From the NCBI RefSeq assembly GCF_009914755.1, contig NC_060931.1: a DNA stretch of 64,000 bases; one strand, written 5' to 3'. Positions 48,530 through 60,623 of the stretch are shown piece by piece (within the stretch, counting starts at the first letter, position 1; each line of letters opens with the position of its first letter). Under the pieces are notes generated by a model. The model ran no database searches. It was not told the origin of the DNA and saw only the letters and a program-made list of their open reading frames with translations. A program made the position numbers and the translations under genes. The DNA comes from the human T2T-CHM13v2.0 reference genome, Homo sapiens.

Positions 48530-49760
48530 TGTGGTATTAGAGAGTAAGAAAGTGCCGAAAAGGATGAGGCTTCTCAAAAGGGCAAAGGAGCCAACCTGAA
48601 AGCGCTCCGATGGGCAGAGCATGAACAATTTGAATAACAAAACAAATAATAGTATTAGATTGTAGTCTATTGACTAAAGTAAATTATCTGTGAGTCCTTA
48701 CTGTCATAAATAAATAATTGAATAACTAAATAGGGGGGAGGGATAACCTCCTCACTGAAGAATTCTAATCAATAAATGCAGAAAGAATAAGATAAATCAC
48801 CATTAGAACATCTTAGGGTGTTAATGGTTAGAACCATTAATAGACTTAATGGTTCTAATTGCTGCTGGCAAGACCCACCAATGAACAACAAAAGCATTGA
48901 GTAAAAGTTGGAGAAGAAACAGAATAGTTTCATAGTGTCAGTGCATTACTCACCAAATATTTACTAACTACAAAGGGAAAAAAATAGTAACTTCACAGAG
49001 GAGAAACCTGACCAAATACACCTTTACTAAGCAATCATCTCCTATTAGAGCAGCCATTAGAATCACAATGCCTGTTAAGAGTATTGTGATGAGCTCACTG
49101 TTCCTCCAGTAAGTAATGATGTTCAACACAGTTTAAGTCAATGTCTCAATAATATTGTTTGAGAACTTTGCTAACATAATTCTAGTTAGCCTAAAAATTG
49201 AGAGGAAGCATAAATAAAATTTGAATTTAAAAAAGCAATTTTTAAATATAGAACATTAAACCACATTGCAAAACTGTAATGATTAGAACAGTACCCTAAG
49301 GTACATGGAAAGAATAAATAACCTAGAATCATTTATAAATAGAAAGAAATAGCTAACTATTGAATTAATTAGTCAATAATCTATACATCAAAATAATGAT
49401 CAATACAATATAATAATCAATACATTGTAACATACAGAAAATTGTTTCATAGAAAATAATTAGTTTAGATTCACTCACATAGGCAACCATTTCCAAGTAT
49501 ATTAAAAGATAAAAAGCAAAAAGTAAAACTATAAAATACTTGAAGAAAACATAGGTGTGTCTTTACTGAGTTTTAGGTCAGAAGAGCTTTTCAGGCAAGT
49601 GCATTTACAAAGGAAAAGACAGAAAGAATTAACTGCATAAAAATTAAATTACTCTTCTGTGTAAAAATACCATAAAGACTTAGAGGTCAAATGTGAGACT
49701 GGAAAAAAATGTTTGCAATAAATATAATGACAAATAGTAATGACTAAAAAGCCCATATAA
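48530..49760 (+). mobile_element. Old L1M fragments (L1MC-type 3' region and L1ME ORF2 piece)
   Basis: 'aacaatttgaataacaaaacaaataatagtattaga', 'aaaactataaaatacttgaagaaaacatagg', 'gactggaaaaaaatgtttgcaa'. Confidence 0.7.
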
Positions 49761-49934
49761 AACCAATAATTCATCCATTCATCCATTCAACAAATATTTA
49801 TTGAGCAACTACTCTTTACCAAGTGAGAATACAGTAGCCAATAGAACAAATTTTATTTCTACATGAAGCTTACATTTCAGTGGGGCAGACTGAAGGTGGG
49901 GCATAATAAAAAAAATAATTCAAGAGATAAAAGA

Positions 49935-50239
<305 letters not shown>

Positions 50240-50540
50240 TGGTAGTACTGTAAAGAAAGATAATGCTGGCCAAGAGGAATGGGGAATACAGGGAGGGGTG
50301 AGGTTATTTTGTGCTAAGAGTTCAGTGAAGGCTCTGATGCATGTCATATGAGCAGAAACCTGAAGGATGTAAAGGAGAAAGCTGGGCAGATATCTGCAAA
50401 AGGAGCTTTCCAACAGCAAAAGAAATCAGGAAAGACTGGTCAAAAGCATGCCCAAGACTTGTGAGGAGTCCAGTGTCAGAGCCGGGGAAGCAGAGAAGAC
50501 AGAAGTGTGGGTGGCTAGGGGGTTGGAGTGGGAGGTGGCT

Positions 50541-50902
50541 TGATATGTTTTGGCTGTGTCCCCACCCACATCTCATCTTGAACTGTAGCTCCCATAATTC
50601 CTACATGTCATGGGAGGGACCAGGTGGGAGGTAACTGAATCATGGGAGCAACTCTTTCCCATGCTGTTATGATAGCAAATAAGTCTCATGAGATCTGATG
50701 GTTTTATAAAGGAGAGTTCCCCTGCACATGGTCTGTCTTGCCTGCCACCATATAAGATGTGTCTTGCTTCACCTTTGCCTTCTGCCGTGATTGTGAGGCC
50801 TCCCCAGCCATGTGGAACTGTGAGTCAATTAAATCTCTTTCCTTTATAAATTACCCAGTCTTGGGTATGTCTTTATTAGCAAAGTGAAAACGAACTAATA
50901 TA
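50541..50902 (+). mobile_element. THE1 (B/C-like) solo LTR
   Basis: tgatatgttttggctgtgtccccaccc...gaggcctccccagccatgtggaactgtgagtcaattaaa...ctaatata. Confidence 0.95.
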
Positions 50903-51444
50903 TGGTAATGGAAGGCTTTGTAGGCCATTACCTTAGTATTTATTTTGAATAAAGTGGGAAGCCTCTGAGGGGTTTTGAATGGATAAATTATTTTCATTTA
51001 TTCAAGAAATATTTATTGAAGATGGCTTTGTACTGAGTACTGTTCTGAGTGCTGGTGATACCGCAACAGATAAATCCCTAACCTCATGGGGTTTGCATTC
51101 TAGTAAAGGAAGTCATGTATTCAACGAATAAAGAAGTAAAATCTGTAGGTTATTGGATGATAATAAGTGCTACAGAGAAAATACAGCCAGCTGGGGATAG
51201 AGACTGTCCAGAGAAGACTTCACGGAGAAGAGAGGTCATGGTTTGGCCTAGGTGTCTGGAGGTCGCTGTCTCCATGTGGAGAGTCCTATGGGCTTGGTGG
51301 ACAAAGGTGGAAGTGGGGACCTCAGAGAGCTATTGCAATATTCAGGCAAGAGGAGATGCTTTCCTGAAGTGGGGTCATAGAGGGGAAAGTGGGAGGTTTG
51401 TATGTTTCTCAGGTGTAGTCAATAGAATGTTTGAACAAGTTACT

Positions 51445-51750
51445 TTTCATTTTATTTATTTATTGTTTCAACTTTAAGTGCAGGATGTGCAGGTTTGTTA
51501 CATAGGTAAACGCGTGCCATGGTTGTTTGCTGCACAGATCACCCCATCACCTAGGTATTAAGCCCAACATCCATTTGCTACTCTTCCTGATGCTCTCCCT
51601 CCCCACCTCTCCACCGACAGGCCCCAGTGTATGTTATTCCCTGCATGTTTCCATGTGTTCTCGTCATTCAGCTCCTATTTATAAGTGAGAATGAACATGT
51701 GGTGTTTGGTTTTCTTTTCCTGCATTATTTGCTGAGCATAATGGCTTCCA
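51445..51750 (-). mobile_element. L1PA 3' end, 5'-truncated
   Basis: 'gtgcaggtttgttacataggtaaacgcgtgccatgg'; TSD-like gttactttt on both sides. Confidence 0.92.
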
Positions 51751-52347
51751 AAAGGTTACTTTTGAAATACCTGCTTAAACATCTTCAGAGGTAAAAGCAG
51801 GAAAGCAAGCAATGGAGTATGAGTTTTGAGTGTGAATGGAAAACCAAACATGAGTGACCTGTTTTCACTGTTGAGAAACTGAGAGCCTTTCCTAAGATCA
51901 TCCAGGTGCAGAATCACATAGCTTCCTGTCCTCTTCTAATCTAGATCGTATTCTTTTTGAATAGGGGTAAATGAGAGGAATGGAAGCATTGTATGCAGAG
52001 AACTGATATGTGTGTCTGAAAATGTGGAAAGAACAAATATCAGGTAAGAGACTCCATTTGTGCCTCAGCTCAGCCATTTAGTTGCTCTGAGATCTTTGGC
52101 GAATCCACACTCTTGTACCTCCTTCCTGGTTTCTTCTCTTTTCTCTCTCCCTTTCTAATGATACGAGAGACTTATGCCAGACACCTCCGACATTCCTGGT
52201 GGTCCCTCTTCAGTGGTGGCCAGCTGAGAGAACCAGAAAGGCTAGGAATGAAAATCCAAGCATTTGTTTGTGTGTTTGTTTTCTTTCTCAGGCCCAGATC
52301 TGTTCTAGTGTTGTGTCTCAATAATAAAAAGAAAGAGCTTTTGCAGA

Positions 52348-52642
52348 TTTTTTTTTTTCATTTGAGACTGAGTCTTGCTCTGTTGCCCAGACTGGAGTGC
52401 AGTGGTGCAGTCTTGGCCCACTGCAAGCTCTACCTCTCAGGTTCAAGTGATTCTCCTGCCTCAGACTCCAAAGCTGGGACTACAGGCATGCACCACCACT
52501 CCCGGCTAATTTTTATATTTTTAGTAGAGATGGGGTTTCACCATGTCGGCCAGGCTGGTTTCAAACTCCTGATCTCAAGTGATCCACCCGCCTCTGCCTC
52601 CCAAAGTGCTGGGATTACAGTCATGAGCCACCATGCCTAGCC
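52348..52642 (-). mobile_element. AluS with 14-bp TSD
   Basis: TSD cttttgcagatttt at 52338-52351 and 52643-52656. Confidence 0.97.
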
Positions 52643-52746
52643 CTTTTGCAGATTTTGATAGAAAGCTAGTCCTTATGGAAAGTAGCAGCCAAACTCCAGG
52701 GATTGGTGACCTTCAGTATAATTATGCAAATGATTCATTAACCTTA

Positions 52747-52857
52747 TAGGGGATCAACCATCCCATTTGCCCTGGGTCAGCCCACTTTTAGCACTGAAAG
52801 ACCCACATCCCCCAAAACTCCTTAGTCCCAATAAAATAAAGAGAATTGGTTACCCTA
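52747..52857 (+). mobile_element. MER81 (hAT-Blackjack MITE)
   Basis: TIRs taggggatcaacc / ttggttacccta; 'ttttagcactgaaag' core. Confidence 0.8.
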
Positions 52858-52959
52858 GCTGTCACTAGCCAACACTATAAAAGAATTAAGCAAAAAAGGA
52901 AAAAAAAAAAGAGAGGAAAGGGGGATAGGAATAAAGATTTTTTCACTCTAGAATGTGTT

Positions 52960-53265
52960 AGCTGGACATGAAGGCTGGTGCCTGTAGTCCCAGCACTGTG
53001 GGAAGCCGAGGCAGGAGGATAACTTGAGCCCAGGAATTCAGGACCAGCTTAGGCAACATGGGAGACCACGTCTCTACTAAAAATACAAAAAATTAGCCGG
53101 GTGTGGTGGTGCACACCTGTAGTCCCTGCTATTCAGGAGGCAGAGGTGGGAGGATCACCTGAGCTCAGGAAGTTGAGGTTGCCATGAGCCCTGATGCTGC
53201 CACTGTCCTCCAGCCTGGGCAATGGGAGTGAGACTGTGCCTCTAAAACAACAACAACAACAAAAA
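52960..53265 (+). mobile_element. AluJ with (CAA)n tail
   Basis: 'cttgagcccaggaattc', 'gggaggatcacctgagc'. Confidence 0.93.
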
Positions 53266-54255
53266 GTGTGTCAATGAGGACACACTGCCTTAATTTAATG
53301 ACCTTAAATCAAATTAACTGGAATGAGGATATTTATTATTTCATATAACAGGAAGGTCAGAGGCAAGGGTACATTTCAGGGTAGGTTGAACCAGTGCCTG
53401 GACAATGCACATTCTCTCTCTGATTCCCTCCTCTGCTTACTGGGGCATCTGCTTCATTTCATCATGGGCTCCCTCTTGGTCCTAAGAGCACTACAGGCAG
53501 CAATGGAGCCAGTGAGATTTCCTGTTCACAGGATGGCAGGAGAGATGGTAAGTGGAATCACTTTCCTACCAACCCAGAGTAAACCTCTTCCTACATCTCA
53601 CTCTCCCACAGCCTTAAGCCTACTTATCCCTGTAACAATAACTAGTACAGGGATTCCAGTTATTTGTATAGGAATCACCTAGGGGATGATGTGACCCTAG
53701 TGGGCTTGGATCAGTCATATACAGTGAAGGGATGGCAGCCACCATGTACACGCAGAAGGGCACAGGAAATGGATCAGAGGAGAACATGGATAAACAGTAA
53801 ACCAGTGGAAGTCACTAGATCAAGGTTTCTCCTCAAGAAGTGAGACTTATCAGGGCAGTAGGTGATAAAATAAAAAATTGAGTTTTCATCCTTCAAGAAA
53901 AGGGACCAGTATGGTAACTTCCTTGTGGCCTGTTGTTAACCATAGTAAGGAAAGTTGGAGATGGGTGGATTGATCCAAGCTATGAGTAGGAGAGAGGACT
54001 CCCAACCTTGAAGCAGCATTTCTAGTCTAAGCATAACTAGATTCTGCAGCTGTGTTGCTTTGAACAAGTGATTTCACTTTATATGAAAATTCTACAATTG
54101 GAAGAAGGTTTGGGGAGGATTTGACCTATGTCCATTTGAGTAGTTCTCAGTTTGCTTCTTTAAATGTTCGTTTAATTAACTGCATTGATCTTTGTTCTTG
54201 TTGGGTGATGAATATATGAGTCTGTGTGGTACAATGGGAAAGGATAAAGGACATC

Positions 54256-54424
54256 AGAAAGAAAGAGAGAGAGAGAGAGAGATGGAGGAAGACAGGGAGA
54301 GAGGTAGGAGGGGAAAGAAAAAAGAAAGAAGGAAGGAAAGGAAAGGAAAGGACAGGAAAGGAAGGAAGGAAGAAGGAAGGAGGGAGGGAGGGAGGAAAAA
54401 GAAAGAAAGAAAGAAAGAAAGAAA

Positions 54425-54456
<32 letters not shown>

Positions 54457-54709
54457 AAAAGGAAGGGAGAGAAGGAATGGAGGGAGGGAGGAGAAAGAAG
54501 GGGAATGAGAAAGGAAGGAAGGAGAAAAAACAGTGAAAAAAGAAGGTAGAAAGAAAGAAGAAAGAGAAAGAAAGAAAAGAAAAGAGAAGAGATCGAGAGA
54601 GAAAGAAAATAGAGAAGCAGGAATGGAGGGAGAAAGGAAAAGAGGAAAGAAGAAAGAAAAGGAAGACAGGAGGGAAGAAAGGACAAGAAGGAGGAATAAG
54701 GAGGCAAAA
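54256..54709. repeat. ~450 bp polypurine low-complexity tract with (GA)n, (GGAA)n, (GAAA)n
   Basis: Almost purely A/G on the + strand; (GAAA)n runs at ~54401-54458. Confidence 0.97.
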
Positions 54710-55800
54710 CTGGAAAAACACGTTCCTGGGTTCTCCTGAGTTGTGAAAAGCCGAGCTCCAAAAGAAGGAATCACTCAGGTCACAGGTTCACCATGTCCTC
54801 AGCGGCATTCCAGACAAATGATCAGTTAAAAATTCAAGATGTCTACCTCTAAAATGGAAGCTGACTGTTGTCTTTTATAGCCTGAACTAAGAATTTCCTC
54901 GTTGTTTTTAAAGTGTAACCTCCTGAAACACACAGAGAGAATTTCAGAGACGCCTTAGGGTTTGGGCAGTCCAGGGGATTTGTAATTGTGCTCCCTGTCT
55001 CAGAAATGCCTCCCTGTGAGTGAACCACTTAAGAGAAGCTTGGGAACATCACCAGCACAGGGAGCTGTGTGAATGGAAGCTTGTTGGAAATGTTTAACAT
55101 CTGAAGTGCCGTGTGCCAACTCTACTGTAGACAAGAATACTTTCATGTCTGTTATACATTGGTTTCAAATGGTTAAAATACATAATGACATTAAAGGGGG
55201 CTGTTTTTCAGCATTTTGAGGGAATTTCAGACACAACTCCCATTTATTTGTGTGAGTAGTCTGCCTTGCTTTCCTTGGACCCCTTTGAAAATGAAGCCCT
55301 GTGTGTTAATCTAATGTTGAGATGGAGAGAATTCATAACAGATTTCATCACACAACTGACTTGGCACCAAACTTCCTCGCCCAGAACAATAGAAAGGGCT
55401 CTCATCATGCCTGCCCTTTGGGGCTTAGCTGATTGTTTCTTCTTTAACGTCCAAACAGCACTTCCCCTTACCATAATTTTAATTCCTGTAGTTTAAATCA
55501 CCTTCAAATAATATTTACTTTTTTCCCCCTATTTCTCGTTTGAGGTCCTTTCCATTTTGCCTGTCTTCGTCTGTGGCCTTTGGGTCCTCTTCTTGCCCTC
55601 CCTGCTGGCACCTGTCACTTCTAGTTTGCTTTTCATTTCCCTTCTGAGTCAAGTAAAGCCCTCACTTTACACCCAGAGCCTTCTCACCTCTGTTTATTAT
55701 TCTAGGAGTAGATGAAGGAAAATGTGAAAGCAGACATTTGCTCAAGGGGGGAAAAAAAAGAAACAAAACAAAAAAACATGTATATCGTTCATTTCTGATT

Positions 55801-56089
55801 ACGGTAGCTCATGCCTGTAATCCCAGCACTTTGAGAGGCCAAGGCAGGTGGATCACCTGAGGTCACGAGTTCAAGACCAGCGTGGCCCAACATGGTGAAA
55901 CCCCATCTCTACAAAAATACAAAAATTAGCAGGCCATCATGGTGCACGCCTGTAATCCCAGCTACTCAGAAGGCTGAGACAGAGAATCACTTGAACCTGA
56001 GAGGCAGAGGCTACAGTGAGCCAAGATCCAAGATCATGGCACTGCACTCCAGCCTGGGAGACAGGGAGAGACTCCATCTCAAAAAAAAA
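55801..56089 (+). mobile_element. AluS, slightly 5'-truncated
   Basis: Starts acggtagctc; internal ccaagat duplication; short A tail. Confidence 0.95.
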
Positions 56090-56287
56090 GGGCACTGTTC
56101 ATTTCTGACTGTGCAGGAGGCTATGATCAAAAACCTGTTGCCACTCCATTCAGAAGTGGCGACTGTTTTGAGACAGTAGCAGCTCTAATTGGCAGTTTCA
56201 AATGTCCATGCTTCCCCAAAATAGCTTCATCAAGAAATAGAATTTACTTCTTTGCCTGAGCCTCCACTATCCATGTATTTATTTCTA

Positions 56288-56367
56288 TTAGGCTGGTGCA
56301 AACATAATTGCTGTTTTTGAGATTACTTTTAATTCCGAAAACCTCAGTTAAGTTTGCACCAACCTAA
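56288..56367. mobile_element. MADE1 (Hsmar1-derived mariner MITE)
   Basis: 80 bp palindromic element ttaggctggtgcaaa...tttgcaccaacctaa flanked by TA on both sides. Confidence 0.93.
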
Positions 56368-57273
56368 TATTGTAGCACCTATAGATCATGATTAAATTTA
56401 CCATTTTTTTCTATGGAATAGCAATTCCCCAGAAGGTTGCCTTTTGGTTATTTTTGTAACCTTGAAAATCTGGCATAATGCTGGCACACAGTAGGCATCC
56501 AATAAATATATGTTGAATTAATGAGTAACGTAGTCACGTAAGTAAAAAGTATTAGAGCTGGTAGACAAAAATGGAGGCTCTGTCTTGAGAAGCTTTATGA
56601 TGGTCTACAATTGAAAAACCTTCATGCTGGTCTTACGGTTCCTATTGCAGGACCATGTGAAACTTACGTTGATCAATGTGCAATTTGTATGAGTCACTGT
56701 TGTTTTCTACTTTCTTTTTGATGTCTCCTCTTTGGATCATCAGTATCTCTATTTGTGCATTATGAAGTTGAAGCTTAAGTGTTTATTTTATGTATATGAT
56801 ACATGATATAACTGTATACATAGGTTTATATTATGTGAATAATTAAATATAATTTTTAAAGGAAAAGGAGGTAGTGTTAGGTCCTCCTAGCTAGTAGCCT
56901 TACTCCTTGATATTTCTAAAATATGTGAGCTTCTCCAAGGAGAGTACATTACTCTCCAGGGAGACAGAAGTGTTTCAAAGCTGCAATCCTGTCATTTACC
57001 AAAAGACTTCTCTCCTGTTTTAAATATGTTAATACCTATTTAAATTACCAATCTCTCTGGTTGATTCTGTCACAGAGCTCTTTGATTTCAGGGTAAAGTT
57101 AGTGAAATTATCATTTTGACTCAACTGAACAATCAAGAGGTCAAAATGATTGTGATGTTCCATCTATCTGGAAGTGGCCTCCTTATTTCTGTTTCTGACT
57201 GTTCAGTAAAGAGTAATAAAGAGAGCCTCTTGATTCAATGAAAAGAAAATTGAGGAAGCACTTGCCCAGTGGT

Positions 57274-57310
57274 TGTTTTTGTTTGTTTGTTTGTTTGTTT
57301 GTTTGTTTTT
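57274..57310. repeat. (TTTG)n microsatellite
   Basis: Direct reading. Confidence 0.9.
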
Positions 57311-58839
57311 AATAGTATGCACATGTACTAGTTGGTGACAGTCTACTCCTGGGCCACCAGTAGCAAGGGATGAGAGTGAGAGGCAGAGCAGAGCCCTGGC
57401 TGAGTCATCAGGACAACAGACTAGCCTGTTTATCAAACCTTGCCAGACAAGCAAAGGCTAACTGAGAAGATGGTTTTGTAACTTGAGAAAGGGTTGTTTT
57501 GATGGCACATCTTTAATAGATAAAATAATGAATTAACACATCCTTAGGGAATCACTTGGCTAAGGATTAAGGACCAGACAAACAATTATTTGAAAAGTGA
57601 AAGTCTGGGTAAATTAACCAATTTCTTTGTGTCCACAGAACTCATGTTCTGATTCTCTTTTTTCTCTCCCCCATCCCCCACCTCCACCCATTATGCCCAC
57701 ACAACTTAGGTTCTTAAGTGACCGAGAGTAACACGATCACAGGTCTCTTCCCAGAAAGCTTGCTTGTGCTCACGCTCCAGGCTCCCACATGCCAACATCT
57801 CCACCCAATTTCAATAAGCCACCAAACCATCACTTCTGGAGCCCCCACCCCCACCCCTATTCATAACCAGAAACAGTGACAGGATTATCTTAAAAACCAA
57901 GTAGCTGCCAGATACTGTTAAAATTTCCAGACCTTGAAAAAATGCAACTTCTCTCCAGACTGTGCATCCATCCAGTGAACACAAGTGTCCATGTGGCCAG
58001 ATCCATGTGCTCACTCAAGTTCTGAGACATCTGGATGACGCCTGCAAGATTTTGGTGCTAAGTGCCCATTTATTCATCATAAAATCAAATTTACCATGTT
58101 ATAAACTGAAGGCAGGGCTCTCCTTTATGGCCAGATCTAAGACAATGAATTCAAAGAATGAACTTTTACCTTCCCAGGTGTAGGTTTGAGACCCGGCCTA
58201 GGAAACGGGTGTGCCACACCAAGGTGAATTAAAAACTGCCAGCCAGCTAAAAGTTGCTCTTCCTAAAAAAAAAGGAACCAAGATGAAATTCTAGGCTCAG
58301 AGATGAAGAACTGGAGGCTTTGAAACAAAGGGGTAAAACTGGTTCCAGTTGCTTCCTGTAACATGTCTTCTTTCCCTTGTGGAAAATAATGATTTCCAAA
58401 CACAACCGTCTTTTAAATCCAAGAACTTAACTGAGTATTTGTTTAGCTGTTGTCTGAAAAGGGTTTGGCTTTCACACATCACTTACACCCGTGGATTCAG
58501 GAGAGACTAAACAGCCTATTCAAATATCTTCCAAGTTATGAAGAAATCGATTTCAACTTAATGACTTTCAACCCGTCTTCCATCTTACAGTTGATATTCG
58601 ACAAATATCTTTATAAAGGTAAATGCCTTTCTGAAACTTTAGAAGAAGTTTACCTCTTTTAACTTGAAATTACATTAATATACATGTTTTTTACATACTA
58701 CAAATACTCTAATAAAAAGAAAACCTTGTAGCTTTATTTTTTCTGATTGTAGAAAGTTTGTAACATCTCCTGCTGTATTCATCTATTTTTCCTGTATTGC
58801 AGCAAAGTCCAGGTTAGGAGTAACTAGGTGGTAAGTAAG

Positions 58840-59750
58840 TATAACATCAGCTTCTTATTCTGAAGTCTATTCGGAAAAGTAGAGGTTAAAGGAAGGAATT
58901 AATCATTTATTCTGCCTTTTTTGGAAGAAATTGTAGTAGAAGGAGTTTTTTTAAATAGAATTCTAGCTAAAAATGGAGATTATAGAATTTAAAAGTTATT
59001 AATAAATGAAGAAATATGATTTTTTGACCTCCTTTGACTCTGACAAAGAGCATCAGTGGATGCTAACACTATAAAGTGAAATTAGTTGAAGGCTAGGAGA
59101 CGCGAAGGTGTCAAAAACCCATCCCAAGACAGACTTGCTCATCACAAAGTGGGAAATGAACCTTACAATGGGGAGAAATCACTACCTGAATTAAGGGATC
59201 AAATTTAGCAACACAGTTAGAGGAGAAACCAGAAATTATGTAGCTCCTGCTATCATGCAACGTAAGGTACATAGCCCCACCCTCAATATTCTTGCTATAA
59301 GTGTTTAATTTGAATTTAATCAAGCCTTTATAAACATCTCACATCTACTTCATAGGAAATACAAGAAATAGAAAAATAAGTCGAACAATAAAACAAGAGG
59401 AAATAATCAAATCAAGCCCCAAATGTGGGACAATTAGATTAGTCTCTTCAAGAAAAATAACTTAAAAAAAAAGTCTGGAGGACTGATCTAAATTTTAAGA
59501 CTAAAGAAATGAAACAAGTGCAATGCACAAAACTTAACTGAATTCTGGTTTAAAAAATGTAAAAAAAAATGTAGAGTCCAGTTGAGAAAATTTAAATGTG
59601 AACTCACTGTTAGAAGATATTAAGGAATAATTGTTCATCCTCTTATGTATGATATTGATGTTGTGGTTATGTGGGAGGATTTTTGGAAATGTTAAAGTAT
59701 TCAGGAGTGATAAATAAAAACATCTTGAAGCTAATTCCAAATGATTCAAT
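58840..59750 (+). mobile_element. Old L1MC-type 3' region
   Basis: 'ttagaagatattaaggaataattgttca', 'gttgtggttatgt', 'aaatgttaaagtattcagg' L1M 3'UTR motifs. Confidence 0.65.
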
Positions 59751-59780
59751 ATTAATTATTATGTTATATTATATTATATC

Positions 59781-59982
59781 CTTGTTGACATTTTGGGCTG
59801 GATGATTCGTTGTCGTGGGGTACTGGCCTGTGCATTATAGGATGTTGAATAAGATCCCTGTCCTCTACTTTTATTAGCATCACAAACTGTTCCCCTCCCC
59901 CTAGTTGTGGCAACCAAAAATGTCTTCAGATATTGCTAAATGTCCCCTGAAGTGTGAAATTGCCCCCAGTTGAGAACTGCCT
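59781..59982 (+). mobile_element. MER20 (hAT-Charlie)
   Basis: 'ttgacattttgggctggatgattc...gtgcattataggatg...caaccaaaaatgtcttcagatattgctaaatgtcccctg...ccagttgagaac'. Confidence 0.9.
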
Positions 59983-60169
59983 TAGATAAAGCAAAAATAT
60001 ATCATTAAATAATTTAAATATAGCAGAATGGCAAGAGTTGATGGATCTAGATATACGGGTATATGGATAATCATTAAGCTTCTTTCAACTACGCAATAGA
60101 CATATGGGTAATCAACACACTGTCAATGTAAAATGGCTTTCTAATAAAATGAGAAGGAGAAAAAATTAT

Positions 60170-60281
60170 GTTTTGGCCTCACTCCCAGATATTCTTAATC
60201 AACTTTGGTTAGGGCCTGGACATTTGTATTTTTCAAAAGGTCCCCAGGGGATGCTTATGTGCAGTGAGGGTTGGGGACCAT
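60170..60281 (+). mobile_element. MER5A/B fragment
   Basis: 'gggcctggacatttgtatttttcaaaaggtccccaggggatgcttatgtgcag'. Confidence 0.7.
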
Positions 60282-60464
60282 CAGATTTAAATGATTTTGT
60301 AATTTGCCATCAGAGTTTTGAGATGGCTCTAGGAAATATAAGAGGAATATGAAACACAATGTCACTTAATTCATACATTCACCAATATTAAACGAGGGGA
60401 ATACCTTTCATTAGTCTGTATCCACAGAAGAATGCAGGCAGTGATGTCATGCAGCACACGCTTG

Positions 60465-60623
60465 CTGCTCCAAGTGTGGTCCCCAGACCAGCAGCATCAG
60501 CATCGCTTCGGAGCTTGTTAGAAATGCAGAATCTGTGCCCCACCCAGACCTCCCCAATCAGAATCTGCGATTTGGCAAAATCCCTACAAGCGATCCTATG
60601 CACATTTACATTTGAAAAGTGCT
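60465..60623 (+). mobile_element. MER5A
   Basis: 'aagtgtggtccccagaccagcagcatcagcatc...gagcttgttagaaatgcagaatct'. Confidence 0.9.

Noticed and set aside
50799-50811. PRDM9 hotspot motif in THE1
   Set aside because: Reads CCTCCCCAGCCAT, the ordinary THE1 form; it mismatches CCNCCNTNNCCNC at the central T and the final C.
52113-52640. 175-aa ORF and similar ORFs (4650, 8168, 11956, 13101, 33900, 38164, 39073)
   Set aside because: Typical antisense-Alu translations (LECSG..., [13 protein letters not shown]); not genes.
54147-54774. Longest ORFs (204, 200, 155, 114, 107 aa)
   Set aside because: F/L/S/P- or K/R/E-rich translations of the polypurine tract; open only because low-complexity sequence lacks stops.
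57660-57860. C-rich runs as a G-quadruplex
   Set aside because: Fewer than four closely spaced G3+ tracts in either cluster.
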